The notes below the pieces were generated by a model. The model made no database searches and was not told where the DNA came from. It was given only the letters and a program-made list of their open reading frames with translations. This document shows positions 49,105-62,370 of a stretch of 64,000 bases of DNA, piece by piece. Made by a program: the position numbers and the translations under genes. The DNA is from Psammoneis japonica (taxonomy: Eukaryota). The stretch covers positions 62,001 through 126,000 of the forward strand of contig QPGO01000195.1 of assembly GCA_008632985.1 (NCBI GenBank), written 5' to 3'. Numbering within the stretch: position 1 is the stretch's first letter; each line of letters opens with the position of its first letter.

Positions 49105-51344
49105 TTATCCGCTTGCCCTACGAGCCAACTCCTCCTTTTCTTCATCATTAATCCACCTCTGCTTTAGAGTGGAAGTCGCCGGCCAGGGTCGAGCACCGAC
49201 TTGGCTCACGGGGACTCCAGTTTCCCTTGCAATGATGCTGCGTACTCTAGCTTCGCAACAATAATTGTCCGGATCTGCCTGGCAGTGTCCCATGCCAGCC
49301 CTGGTTCTCTTTCGAATGCCTTGCGAAGAGTCAATCGGTAGCGATCGCCTAAGAGAACGGACAACCTCCAGTTCGGTTACCTTTTCACACTTACAAATGA
49401 CATTCTTTGCCATTTCCTCCATATTGCTTCCGTCACTATCATTTTTTCCGACGGGGCCCATCTTCAATCCCTTCATCCCGTCTTTTGGCGTAATGATGGG
49501 GGCTCTGTTTGGATTGAAGGTGGGGTCGCGTTTCAACGGGAGACCTGCCTTCTTCAACATCTTGACTACGTCGACAGCAATAGCTGGCGACCCAGCGAGT
49601 CCTGGAGAGTCAATCCCAGCAACGTGAATCATATTATGGTTCTTCTTGGAATGCTCAATGATCCAGTCGCCACGATCGCTTTTAGCACGAGCCCCACAAA
49701 AGGCATGAAAGGTTTCCTTGGCGTCAAACGTGGGTACAAGGGCCCTGCACTTCGATAGAATGTATTCCTGTACAGAAGCGTCTGTCATGTCTCTTGCCTC
49801 TGGCTTATGCATATCTCTCGCCGTTGGCCCCAGAATGAGGTTGCCCCACAGGGTAGTTTGCACCAAAACTCCTTTCCCGAGGACGGGATCAGGGCAGGGA
49901 AAAATTGTGTGCTTGCTAAATGACCCTAAACGCATATGGCATTTAGCATTAGTGAGCAATGATTCGAGTGTCGGGTGGCTTTGCACAAGCGTCCGTAACT
50001 TACCTGATTACGATTCAGCAAAAGGTAATCACCCAAGCGTGGTTTGATGGAGAACGACGCATCACCGATCATACCGGCAACCTGATCTGCGGCACCGCCG
50101 GCAGCATTGATGATGAAGCGGGTCTTTATCGTCTCCTTTGTAAAAACCTTACCACCCATGACAGTACCAGCACCAGATCCACCAACCAGCATGTCCTCGA
50201 CTTCAACTCTTTTTTTCGGCATCTTACCTACTGGAAATCCGACTGCTTTCGCAACCCGCCGAATGGTGCCAAGGATGCCTGTGCTACCAAATGAGTCGTA
50301 GCGTCCACCCTCGGGTCTGCCAGCTGTTTCGACAATGTCCTTGAGAGGGGTGCTTTTCTTGACCTCTCTCGATAGAGAAGGGATGATTATCTTTTCCAAT
50401 TTAAGAATCACCCATATAACAAGAAGAAACATGCCATGTCCGTTTTGTACCGGGGGAGGGGTCATTACGCCTAATCGACAAGCGAAGTAGTGCAGAATGA
50501 CAACAACTCCAATCAGTTTGAGGACCGCGGTCAATAAATCAGCCTTACCCACTTTTCCTGCCGCGTCTACAAAGTCCTCTGGTTCCCAATGATTACAAGA
50601 TACCTCAAACCCGCCATCCACTTGACGGATTTCTGCCACCTGGCGACGAATACGGAGCTCCACCCCGTTGTCGACGGCGTTTTCTGCCAAAGCAATGGTA
50701 AATTCATAGGGGATAACGTTTCCCGCATCAGGAGAATAAAGTGCGGCTATTGCATCAGGATGGATGGCAGGCTCCATCTCGCGCAGTTCTTTCTGATCAA
50801 TAATCCGCAGTCGCTGCACCCCGTTGGTCTCTCCGCGACGTTTCAAGTCACCCAAGTGCTTGCGCTCTTTTTCTGTGAAGGCAACTACAAGACTACCATT
50901 CTTCTGGTACCCAAACCGTAGCTCCTTATCTAGGCCAGCAAACATCTGATTACCTTTCCAACAATACTTGGCGCGAACCGACCCAGGCTTATCGTCATAA
51001 CCAGCGTGGACTATGCCTGAGTTCCCTTTCGTTGCGCCTTGGCTGACATCATCAGCTGTCTCAATCAGCAAGACGCTAATGTCATACCTACTCAATTCTC
51101 TCGCAATCGACGCTCCAACACAGCCAGCCCCTACAATCAAGACGTCGTAACTTCCATCTTCCTTGGAAGCAATGTTTCGACTTCGACTTCGGGGGCAAGC
51201 TTCAGTAAAGTCGCACCCGCTGCACTTTTCCTCGGATACGTTGAACACACCATCGCAGTCTTCAATATCCAGCCAATCGCCGCCATAGTAGACACCCTTA
51301 ACACCGTGCTGGCGTGCTGGTTGGGAATTAGTCTTTGTCGACAT
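49105..51344 (-). CDS. FAD-dependent oxidoreductase, GlpA/L-2-hydroxyglutarate oxidase-like, with C-terminal BFD-like [2Fe-2S] domain
   Basis: DVLIVGAGCVG, ATKGNSGIVHAGYD, GIDSPGLAGSPAIA, ICKCEKV...RTRAGMGHCQ; intron ~50003-49926. Confidence 0.88.
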
Positions 51345-51742
51345 GGCACGCTATGCCTCCTTCTCTACCGGCACTGTAGGTAAGATCCAATGTTTGATGG
51401 CAACAAAGAGAAATTAGGCGTCGTCAGCGGTTTGTTTTTGAGCATCGTGTCAACGCCGAGCGACGTGCGTACTACGATGGGTGCAAGTATTGAGTTACAT
51501 ACATATATCGTAGAATGTTGATGAAAATTCCAAAAACACGTAAGATCCTGTAGATTGCGTATGACGCTGGAGGTAACAATGATGTATTCAGACTTAAGAA
51601 ATCATAAAAATGTAGCAAGCGCAAGGACGCGCTCAAAAATGAGAACCCAATCTCTGATGTTGACACTCACGATACGCGATAAAAAACACAACACATCAAC
51701 AACGACAACACAGGAGCGAGATTTGTGCCAATCCAAACCACC

Positions 51743-52306
51743 ATGCCTGTCGACACCTTGAGTCTCTCTGTTTCTTCACCTAGAAGTGGTCGAAAGACCG
51801 TCAGTGACGGACTTGTGATGCCCATTGAGCTCGAAAACAACTGCACGGAGGAGGGTGTAACGATTGAGAGCGACGATGTGGGACTAACGAATGCGATTCG
51901 CAAACACTTTTTAGAGCATTTTGGGCACCGTGATCTAAGCGGAATCGTCTCGGATTATGCCGCAGATGCTCTTATTATCCAAGTCATGAACGGGAGCGAT
52001 CGAAAGAAACATCACGGCCACGACGAGATCCGAAAATGCTTTCAAGATATTTTCGATTTGCACCCAGCCGGCGAATCCAGCTTTCAGTTGGAGCACATTA
52101 CGGTTGAGCAAAAGCATGGCCTTGTAGTCTGGTCTGCCAAGACGCCAACCTTGGACATCACACAAGCGTCGGACACTCTTGTCTTTAACTCCGACGGAAA
52201 GATCATCAAGCAATTCTTTGCCTTCCAAGCCCGCGAACGTGAAGATCCTGGTACGTCGCGAGTGGTTAGGAAGGATGAAAAGGAATATGACGAGTTCTTT
52301 GAGTAA
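51743..52306 (+). CDS. SnoaL/NTF2-like domain protein
   Basis: HFLEHFGHRDLSGIVSDYAADA..HGHDEIRKCF..SDTLVFNSDGKIIKQ. Confidence 0.75.
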   Translation: MPVDTLSLSVSSPRSGRKTVSDGLVMPIELENNCTEEGVTIESDDVGLTNAIRKHFLEHFGHRDLSGIVSDYAADALIIQVMNGSDRKKHHGHDEIRKCFQDIFDLHPAGESSFQLEHITVEQKHGLVVWSAKTPTLDITQASDTLVFNSDGKIIKQFFAFQAREREDPGTSRVVRKDEKEYDEFFE

Positions 52307-52559
52307 GTAGGGAGCGTGTAAATGCAAGGTTAGTTTGATTTTGTTCTCGAATAGCGACAGTGCAGCAACCGGGAAAAGGCTTTCATAGGATAATCTCTGT
52401 GGAATTGTCAACTACACACACAAGACACACCGTATATAATATTATCTAGTTAGACATTAAAAGCTATAGGAGTACAAGAACTAGGGTTGTAGTTACTCTT
52501 GCAAACTGTACACCGATGAGAATGACGCCCAACGTTTGTAGAAAAATCGCCGTCTCGCT

Positions 52560-53198
52560 CTATCCATCGTATGGTGGAGGATTGGGGTCCTTCTCCAACC
52601 TAAAGAACCACTCGCCGTCTTGCTTAAAGGGGTTGTTCATAAAGCCAAAGACGAGACTGCAGTCTTCATTCTCACAACGCATGTAGTCATTGACCACGTT
52701 TCCGTTGTATTCCATGGTGAACACGTTACTCATACCGCGAGTGTCCTTATATGTGATAGTCGCTCCGGGCTCCTTTGTTTCAAAAATGGGCCTGCCCAAA
52801 ATTGCACCGATTCTGGTAAAAGGGGCTAGCCAATCGTGCCATCGAAGATCTTGACCCCATCCGACCTCGCCCTCCGCGTACGGAGGACCAGCACCGACGT
52901 AGTAAACCTTCCTTCTTCCAGCCGTGTAGAAGACCAAAGGGTAAACCTCAGTTTCAGACACAAAGTTCTTGCCATAGGCGCCAGCGGCGGTCAACGAACC
53001 GTCAAATCGATGCCCAGTTGGGACTTCGCTTCCCTTCCACCATCCAAACATGTGGGCCAGACTTGGGATGTCGTCGAGGCCATCGAAGTAAACAAGCGCT
53101 TCTTCTTTGGTGAATTCAGGCGGGCCCAGTGGAGTGGCGCTTCCCGGAAAGGCCCAAATCCAGGTCAGCAGCACACTCAAACTCCACAACAACTTCAT
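52560..53198 (-). CDS. Secreted GXWXG/DUF4334-like protein
   Basis: Signal peptide; GWWKGSEVPTGHRFDG..YGKNF; MEYN...NDYMR. Confidence 0.7.
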   Translation of the reverse strand: MKLLWSLSVLLTWIWAFPGSATPLGPPEFTKEEALVYFDGLDDIPSLAHMFGWWKGSEVPTGHRFDGSLTAAGAYGKNFVSETEVYPLVFYTAGRRKVYYVGAGPPYAEGEVGWGQDLRWHDWLAPFTRIGAILGRPIFETKEPGATITYKDTRGMSNVFTMEYNGNVVNDYMRCENEDCSLVFGFMNNPFKQDGEWFFRLEKDPNPPPYDG

Positions 53199-56189
53199 GT
53201 TTTCGTTCTTTGGTGATCAGGAACGACAGTGCAGGATGGGTATTAGAATGAAGGCGACATAACTTTAGGGCCCTACAGAAACTTCTTTCGTCAACTATGC
53301 TGTAAGTACAGTACGGTACATACTGTAGTAGCGCTCACGTGGTCCGGTGATCGGTGATCGAGCGCCGCTGCCGCGAAATGATACTTTAGCAACACAAGGT
53401 GAGCATTGAAATTTTGGAAATCTGAACGGAAAAATGTTGGGTAATTAATAACGGTTTCCGGTGCGGACTGAGGTGAGCGGGCGACAGAAGTTGTTCGGGA
53501 CTCACCGAGCAAAATGAGATTCTCACCACCTCCACTGCGGATGAAGGAGAAGACATGACGAGCGACAAATGACAGAAAAAATGACACAACAACAAAATCA
53601 GGGGGACAAATGCACAAAAAGCAGTGCCAAGACCTGTGGCCCCAGCTGGGTCAAGAGAAATTGAAAAAAATGCTGGCCAACGCTCAAAAAAAGCTGGGGC
53701 AACGCACGGGCAAATGGGTTTGCGAGACTCTGCCAATGGATGCAGGTGAACCAGCACAGATGCTGGTGCAAGGATTTGCTGGATCTGGCTGCTTCTTTAG
53801 CTCAAAGAACACAGCCCAGCTCTGAGCAAGAGCAGCGACATTTTCCAAATGCACGCGAAGCAGTGGCAACCTTTTGCAACCTCGTGAAAAGGCTCTTTTG
53901 CCTTGCATGAAAAAGTTGGGACAAACTTTTTCACTCACTTGAAAAGGTTGTGACAACCTTTTTGAGTCACTTGAAAAGTTGTTGTGGCCTTCTTCACTCG
54001 CCTGGAAAGTTTGTTGCAGCGCCAGCTCCAGCAGCTGCCTCCAACAAACAACTCAGCACAGTTTTGCAATGTTGCTGGTCCAGCTTGCATGCCTTTCTCC
54101 AATGCTGTCATGTGGAAGCTCTGCTCTGTCCACATTTTTCATTTTTCTGCATCAAATGCCTGCACTCTTTGCAGCACCCCCGCCAGCACCAAAGTCTTCA
54201 TTTCTTTTTTCTCACGGTCTTTTCAGCGCAAAACAAGCTGTGGCGGGGCATCTTGCAGGACACTGTTTGTCCAACAGTGTTTGGCACATCCAACAAAAAA
54301 TTTTGCTGGTGGATTTTGCTTGGCTTTGAGTTTTTGTTCTGAGCACTGTCTTTGGCTGTGACTCCAGAATTGCGCGACTTGTGAAAGCAGCACCACACAT
54401 CCGTCTGGTGGGGCAACAATCCGAGATGCACGCCAGCATGACAAAAATTCTGCCATGTCGGAAAGTCGGATTTGTCTTGTGTTGTCAATTGCTTGATGCA
54501 AATGCTGCATGCTGGCATGCAGACAACTGATGTTGTGCGTTGAACCAAGCTGCAATCTTGCACGCTCATGCTTGAGTTGATTTGTGTGCAACACAATCTT
54601 GTCACCTGCCACGTGTCTTTTTTGCCACGTGTGGTTCGTCCCACTCATTTTCATCTCACTTCCCATTTCAACACAAACAATGGCGGCCCCCTTTGCCATC
54701 GGAAATGATTGCCCCATGTGCGGCAAATGTTTTCTCCCAACTGGCCTTCAACGCCACCCAAGAACTTGTCTCCCCTGCAAACTTGGGCCTTTTCTCAAAG
54801 CCTTTTTGACGTTTCTTCCCGTCAATCTGACGCCACTCATGGCAAACATTCCCAAATGGGAGAATCAGATGAACAAGTGGACATTGCTGCCTCTTCCACC
54901 CTTGGCTCTCCTCCATTTGAATTTCTTGCTGCTGTGCACGACTCCAATGCCGTGCCAACTCCACAAGGTTGCACCAGACACAATCCCCGGCCGTTGCGTT
55001 CCAACTGTGCTGTCTCATCTGCGCCAGAGCTGCATGGTTCCCATGACATGACAAATCCCCTGCAGGTGCAATCTCCTCCCCCCTCCTCCATCACAATGTC
55101 ACAGGAAGCTGCCAACCTCTTTGTTGCCCGTCTGATGTGCATCAGATTGGATGCATTTGCAGCCCTTGATCCCACGTTGTTGGCGTGTTTGTTCCATGAG
55201 AACATGCTGCACAGCGGGGTCAAGATCATTGGATCAGATTTGTCATCCGCCATCAGTGAGGCAGCTTCACCAACAAAACCTGCTGGCACACGGACATCCA
55301 TCCAATGCCTGCGCCTTTCTTGCTTTGACGAAAGCACGAAGGAAGAGTTTGACACAGCAAACTCTTTTGCATCTCCGCGCAGTTTCTTGGACAGTGTTTT
55401 GGCAGCACCGAGTGATGCATCCTGCCCGATGCATGGCAGAGTCATTGGCACAAGGGCAAGGGGACTTTGCCCTTGTCTCAACTGCTCCATGTGGACAAAG
55501 AGGGCCAGCACTCGTCCATCTGCCATGGTTCGGAACTCCTCGAAAACACACGTGTTGGCATTTTCATCATCTTCTGCCATTTGACTCAGGGATGTCATGC
55601 TTGATGCTGGGCCCTGGAGGCCATCGCACACCTTCGGAATTGTTTTTGTGCCATGGTGCATTTTGCTTGTGTGCGTGTCTCACTTTGCCAATGCATGCAC
55701 CGTGCATTTTTTTTGAAATTCTGACACGACTGCGATTTGAAATTTGAATTTTTCAAATTTTTTACGTCATTTTTTTGTCATTTTTTCCCCCCAAACTGGC
55801 TGTTGCCTTTTTCTCACTTCCCATTGCATGAACAACATGTTGAGTTTGAATTCCACTCATCTTCGATTTTTAAACCACCAGATTCGTGTGGACCCCGCGT
55901 GGCTGTTTGTGTTTTCAAACAGATCATGGAGCACAAAACACCAACCGCCAAATCATTTTGCCCCGCTGACACTCTTCTGATCCCTGGTCACAATCATTGT
56001 TGCAACAACCACAGATTCGCTGCTTTGCATCTTTTGTCAAAACACGAAACCTTGGGCGGAGACAGTCAATGCAGCAGCGCCACAACTTGTCATCGAATGC
56101 CTCGCTCTCCAAGACTGCAATTGAGAATTGAATCTCTTGCTCACTCTAAGACTTCAACTGAGCATCCTTTCAAGTGTGAATCATCCACT

Positions 56190-56800
56190 CTGTCATCCGA
56201 GAAATGGCCACACACCTCACCCAACAGCCCGGAATGGGAGCAAGTGGAGGGAGCGGATTTTCGTTTCTTTGTGACTGACTGTCTCCACACACAAGACTTC
56301 CGGAGAGCCTTTTTTCCCACACTCGTTCTTTCATCTGCTCCATCATCCAAGAAACGGTCACATGCCTCACCCAACAGCCCGGAATGGGAGCAAGTGGAGG
56401 GAGTGGCTTTTGACAACTCTGTGGTTGACTCTCCGTGCAGACACAACTTTCCTTCAAGCTTTGTGATCCGAGAAACGGCCACATGCCTCGCCCAACAGCC
56501 CGGAGTGGGAGTGAGTGGAGGGAGTGGCTTTTCGCATCTCTGTGGCTCACTTTCCATGTGGAAACGACATCTCCTTCAAGCTTTGTCATCCAAGAAACGA
56601 CTGCACACCTCACCCAAAAAACAGCCCGGAACGGGAGTGAGTGGAGGGTGTGCCTGTTTGTGTCCTTGCGATTGACTTTCCCCACACACAAGCTTTCTTG
56701 TGAGCTTCTCCACTGTCGCTTTTCATCTTGTCATCCAAGAAAAGGTCACACACCCTCACCCAGCAGCCTGGAACGGGAGCAAGTGGAGGGACTGGCTTTT
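56190..56800. repeat. Five-unit tandem repeat (~120-150 bp)
   Basis: TCATCC(A/G)AGAAA..CAC..CTCACCCAACAGCCCGGA..GGGAG..AGTGGAGGG at ~56193, 56343, 56464, 56586, 56731. Confidence 0.85.
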
Positions 56801-57809
56801 CACAACTCGTCTTTGACACTTTCCATCTGCCAAGATTTGACTTCCATTCCTGGGTCACTTGGTGGACTGCTCTCTGTTCACGTTTCTTTTCTCGCCGTTG
56901 TCTTCATCCATCTCATGCCCTTGCAATGGTCACCATCCAATGCTGCCCCTTCGCCGGCTTGGTTTGCCTCAGTTGCAACAAGAACACAGGAAACGAGATC
57001 AACCCATGTTGCACGACGTGATGGGGGAGTGAAATTGCCATGTTGGGTGTCCCCTGTCATGCGCTCCACACAATTTCACCATGAGTGCATCTTGGGGGGT
57101 TTGCGCGCATGTCAAGGGTTTGCACGCATGTGGAGGGAGTGCATGTTGCACGGCCCCCCACATGCACTCCCCCTGCATGCACCTGTCTTCGTCATGCCCA
57201 CATCATCATGGACACCTTCCAAGGTGCTTCGCATCGTCACAACTGTGTCATCCTCCCCACATCATCCTGACATCATAACGCTTCAATCTTTGGCCGTCAA
57301 AATGACTGCTCTGCATCGCCAATTGCAGCACACTGCCTTTAAATGTCGGTTTTTTTAGAGTGCGTGCAGCGGGATTTTTCCTGATGCTGGCAATGGCAGA
57401 TGCTGGCACCCCTTTTCTGCAGCAGCAACAGTTTCTTTGTTCATGTCAACTGCAACAAAAAGCGCTGTTGAGCATCACTGCACTGCTGAGCATCATTGCA
57501 ATTGACAGAAATGTCAAACTGCCTAAACTGGTGACTGCCGCACCACACATTGCCAACTGAACAAGCTGCCGCATTGACCTCAGTTGCGTCACCTTGACTT
57601 GCAACCACACCCTTCCAGCAGGGGCGCACAGCCTGTTCAAAACATTCTCCTGCACAGTGCACCATTCCACAACAACCTTGATTTTTTCCGTCACACAACC
57701 ACGCTTTTTTCTTGTCATTCTTTTTCCACTTGCAATTGCACCCGTCTTTCTTGCACACCAAACCCACAACTTCCCACCAACTCTCACACAGACAGAAATG
57801 ACCCTGGCT

Positions 57810-58504
57810 GACGGGTTCCAGTCCTGGGTGGGACTTTTTGTGACATTTGCCCGGCAGAATTCCACGTGCGAGCTCTGCACTTCATGCTCTGGTCAATGGA
57901 CACATTTGTCTTCGACATGAAATCAATGGGAATCATTCGGGTCCTGACAGTCATCACGTGGAAATTGTGCAGGAGAGCACTGAAAACAATTGTCATCAGT
58001 CTGTCCATCCATCCGCACACGAATGTCAACTTCTCGGGAAATCAATTGAAATGCCATCTGATTGATGGTGTTTTGATTCACACAGTGAAGGCCAACACCG
58101 TCAACCAGACAGCATTTCAACTCAGTTCCCGAAAAGTTGTTAGCTCCAATCACTCTCTCGCATGACATTGTGTGCATTTCTGCACGATTTTGTGTTTTTC
58201 CTCATGCAAAATGTCAACTGTGACCCACGCAACATTTTCGAATGATTCCTGTTGAACGGCCAAGTTTGCAGTGCATGTGTCTCTGTTCGCACTCGAAGTT
58301 TTGGACAACACGCCTGCCCTGCGCCATTCTCAAGACACTCGAGAATGGCGTGGAAGAAAAAAATGTTAAAAGTTGCTGAATGGATGATGCAAAATTTCAC
58401 CAAAATCACGCAGAAATCTATGTGTGCAACATGCGACACGATTCAAAAAACTGTCAATGTCACAGTTCAGCAGTGCGAGGTCCCACCTGGACCTGGAACG
58501 CGCC
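57810..58504. mobile_element. MITE-like element, longer relative of 27840-28236 in opposite orientation
   Basis: TIRs 57810-57834 and 58480-58504 (19/25); both subterminal regions align to the 27.8-28.2 kb copy. Confidence 0.7.
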
Positions 58505-59810
58505 GGCTTTTGTGATCATGGCAGCTGCACTTCAAATTGTTTTTAATTGCAAGTCTTTGCAAGATGTGTTTTCATCCCAGGTGAGAAACGCGCATGCGGA
58601 GGTGAGACGTTTCGTCTGTCCCTTTTCCGTCGCAGTGCTTTTTGTGCGAGCAAATCTGACTGGACTTTCCCCCAATTTTTCGTTTCTTCTTTCCACAGAC
58701 ATGTTTATTTTGAAAAGCCAGCCGTTGTTCTCATTGGTTGAAGGGTGCGCACAAGAAAAGCGCTGTCTCGAAAGCGGCATTTTTTGGAGTGAAACTGACA
58801 GCCATCTGCTCGTTGTTGTCACTCTGGTGCATTTGAGAGACTGTTCTGCTGTTTCTTTCACCGAATCTGACCACTTTGAAAGAATGTGCCATTGTTCATT
58901 GTGTGAAGAGCTCATGACAAAAAAGAATGGCGTTCTAACTCTGTCATTTGCACAAGAAAAATCGGGGGAACTGACTTCGCACGTGATTTTTTTGCGCGAT
59001 CGGCCATTTCAAAGATCGACTGATTTGTCGACCTGTGTGGGACACTTGAGTGAATGAAACAACAGGATTGAAACAGTGGCGTCAAAGTTCAATGTGTGTC
59101 CAGTTGTTGTGTGATTTGATGTGCCCAAGTAGAGTTAAAGATGAAACATTGACAAAATTTCACCACTCAAAATGACCAGTTCTATCTTAGAATAAAATAA
59201 AATGGCTGCAACACTGAGATGTCGCCAATGGTGTTGTTCCACTTTACAACAATGAAACTGTCACACTTGCATCTGAGATTCTTTATCCTCACACACCCTC
59301 AAAACCGAACACATGGCGATTCTCTTGTCGGTGGCAAAATCTGATGTTGTCGCGCGACCCAAAAGCGTCGTCCACAATGACTCAAAGTGCGGACGATGCA
59401 TCACAAGAATCACAGCAACGTGTCATAGAAACATTCTTCATTGTCAGCATCCAGTGTCAAGTGGATGGAGCAGCGCGTTGATGAGAATCCTACTTCGCAA
59501 GCTGAGGAAGAGAGAAAGAGGCATCAAAAATGTCATGAGTCAAAAGGCTGTCCACAAGGCACAACAAAAAACAAAGATCAAATTTTCAACCACATCATCG
59601 TGTTGAGCGTTGTCTTGTTGACCTGTCTCGGCATTCTTGCCTTCTCAGTCACAACATCCGTTGGTGCAAGAATGGACGAGTTCATGGCGACGGCATGGTG
59701 CCATTTTCGGTTTGCGCGAATTGTGGTTTGTGGTTCGAGACATGGAAAAACATATTTTCACTGTCATGGAGCTCGTTTTTTACTAAGATTTTTGGTGCTA
59801 AATGTACGTC

Positions 59811-62370
59811 TCATGTAGAAACACGTAGAAAACCTTGTGATGTGTCCAAAAGTTTCTCACCCAGGATGAAAACACATCGCAAGTCGTTGCTGCAATCCCA
59901 ACAAAATCGTTTGTTGTTCTCATCTGCCAACGAACAGGTTGCATGCACGCACGCAGCACACAAATCACGCTTCAACTTGTTTGAAACAGCCATGTCGCAG
60001 ACCAGGCACTTGGGTTCAACTGGCTTGGATTGGGGCTTGTGAGTTGCCTTGGGGGCTCTTGCTGCTGGCGCCACTTTAGATTTAGAATGCTTGTTGCCTG
60101 TTTTGGCACCCTTGGTGCTCACGTTTGATTCCCTGGTTAAATTCGGTGGCACACCAGATGCCTGCTGCTGTGCCAGTTGCCTTGCTGAGTTGATCTGATC
60201 AACTGTGTCTGTTTCAACCATTTTGTTTTTGTGCTCCTTTCCAGCTCTGTCTCCCAGTGCTCGACGATTGTTTTTTGCCGCCTGCAATTGCAGTGCAAAA
60301 CAGGTTGGCATGGTGCCAACCGCTGATGTGTTGCCGCGCCCGTCTGAGTGCACCTTTTTGATTCTTTCATGCTGTTCCATCAACTTGGCCTCATCACCAC
60401 GTTGCTGCATTCTTGCTGCATGCAAGCTCATGCCCTGCAACACTTCATTGTGTGGTTTCCCCTTGGTCATTGCACTGGCATTGGTGTGCCATGTGGCTTT
60501 GCCAATTTTGTTGCTTGCTCTTGTGTTTGCTGTAGAAGCGCCCTGCAATCCCGTGTTGTTGTGTGCACGGCACCGTTCCACACCAGTCGGAGCTGTGTTT
60601 TCCTTGCCTTGATGCAACAGCCAGTCCATGGCTGTGCTGTCGTTCTCTTGAATCTCTTGCCAAAACGTCTCCTGGCTTTCTCCAGCACTTGTTGTGATCA
60701 CGTCAACATCCGCGCTGGAGGACCAATCTGCATGATCATGGAATGCGTTGAACACCGCTTTCAACAATTCACTGGTTGCGGACTCTGCGTCATCATTGCT
60801 GATTTCCCAGCAATTTTCTTGCAACTCTGCTCCTGTGTGCAACACCTTCTTGCCAATTTCCAATGGCAACGGCTCTGCTTCCCGGTTCCAATGGCAACGG
60901 CACCACTTCCAAGCCGTTCCCCGTCTTGACAACTGTGTCGTCGCCTCAGTTGTGAAACAGCAAATGATTTGCGGGTGCAAACTGGAAGGCTGTGTCAAAC
61001 TGCTCAACAACTTTGGCACCAAACATCGTGATTTTGTGCCTCCGAAGGTCAACACCGCCATCATCTTGAATTGGGACCTCTTTGGGTGTGTCAAACATGC
61101 TCGAATTGTCTGTGTTGGCATCCTGTCAAACACGAACATCAAAGCAAAATGGACAACAGTTTGGTGCACGGCCGCACATGGAACACATCCTCCAACCATG
61201 AACACTTTGATTGTTTTTTTTTTGCTTGCCACCACCATCGCTTTGCAATGAACCATTCCTTGTGGCATTCACTTTTGGTTTCTTCCAAGCAGTTCACGAC
61301 ATCCTTCATCAACAAACAATGCCCATTGCAATGATTCTCAAGCGCATCATTGAATTCCCACTGCTTCCTTGACTTTTCCTTTGTGACAACAGCTGTTCCA
61401 CATCCGCACAATTTGGCACTTGGTTTAAACCCGTCTGTGTGCGCACATCCCAAAACACTCCAAGACGCTCGCTCTGTGTCTAATGCCCAACCTTTCTGCA
61501 AGTCCCAAATGCCTTGGTTGACATGAAACGCTCGCAACCACCCTGCGAAGTTTTGGTTGGTTCCCACATGCTTTGCCATCTCTGGAAAAGCAAAGTGAGC
61601 CAAGTTGCCAGTGCGCATCCCCATTCCTGTGCTCACCGCCAAGTGCACCACCTCAATTCTGCTCAAAGCATCTCGCTTCATCTTCTTCAAGAGCTCATTG
61701 TGTCTCTTCTGCAACTCTTCAACACAATCCTTGTCTTCTGTCTTTTTTGTCTGCTGCCCGCAATGCTGACAAAGGAGCGCCTTGGCGTGTTTCTCTGTGC
61801 ATTTTTCACAAGTGATGTCTCGTCTCCCAAACAAGATGGTGCAGCACCACCCTCCTGCTCCCTCTTTTAGCTCAATGCTTGGCACTGGTGCTTGTGCACG
61901 CAATGTCCCTGGTCCCTTGTCACTCTGACAATGGGACGCCGCTTTTGAGTCCAGCAATGCCAACATTGTCTCGCTCAACTTCTGCAATGAAATTGTGTGG
62001 GAAAGTTGCGGGATTTTGGTTCTTGCGAGTTTGTCTCATGCTCAGCAGCCAAAACCTGCTTTTTTTGAATTGCCAGACGGTTGCAGCTGAGCACAGACAA
62101 GTTGCCGTTTCTGCAGTTTAAAGGGTGGGATTTCAAAACTGGTGCGTTCCATTTAAATTTTTTGGAACACATCCCATTTTTCGTCTTTGGTCTGTGCAAT
62201 TGTTTTGAGCTGTGTCCCTTTTTTTGTTCCTGGAGAATCGCGCACATTGCTGAATGTTGTTCACACAGACATGTGCAGAAATTCATGCGTGAGAACATGG
62301 ACATCATTGCCCCTTGCTGGTCTGTTGGCTCTACATTGCAACAACATGTGCACCCTGAGCAATGACATGC
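59811..62370 (-). pseudogene. Degenerate large ORF with C-terminal PHD-like zinc finger, probably DNA-transposon-derived
   Basis: Frameshifted ORFs 61975-62373, 61139-61987, 59811-61268; CLVC...C..CVHATC...FCWDC; no Tyr in the 485-aa ORF; family not identified. Confidence 0.45.

Noticed and set aside
56190..56800. CRISPR-like array
   Set aside because: Units are long and degenerate, the linkers are related to each other, there are no cas genes, and the context is eukaryotic.
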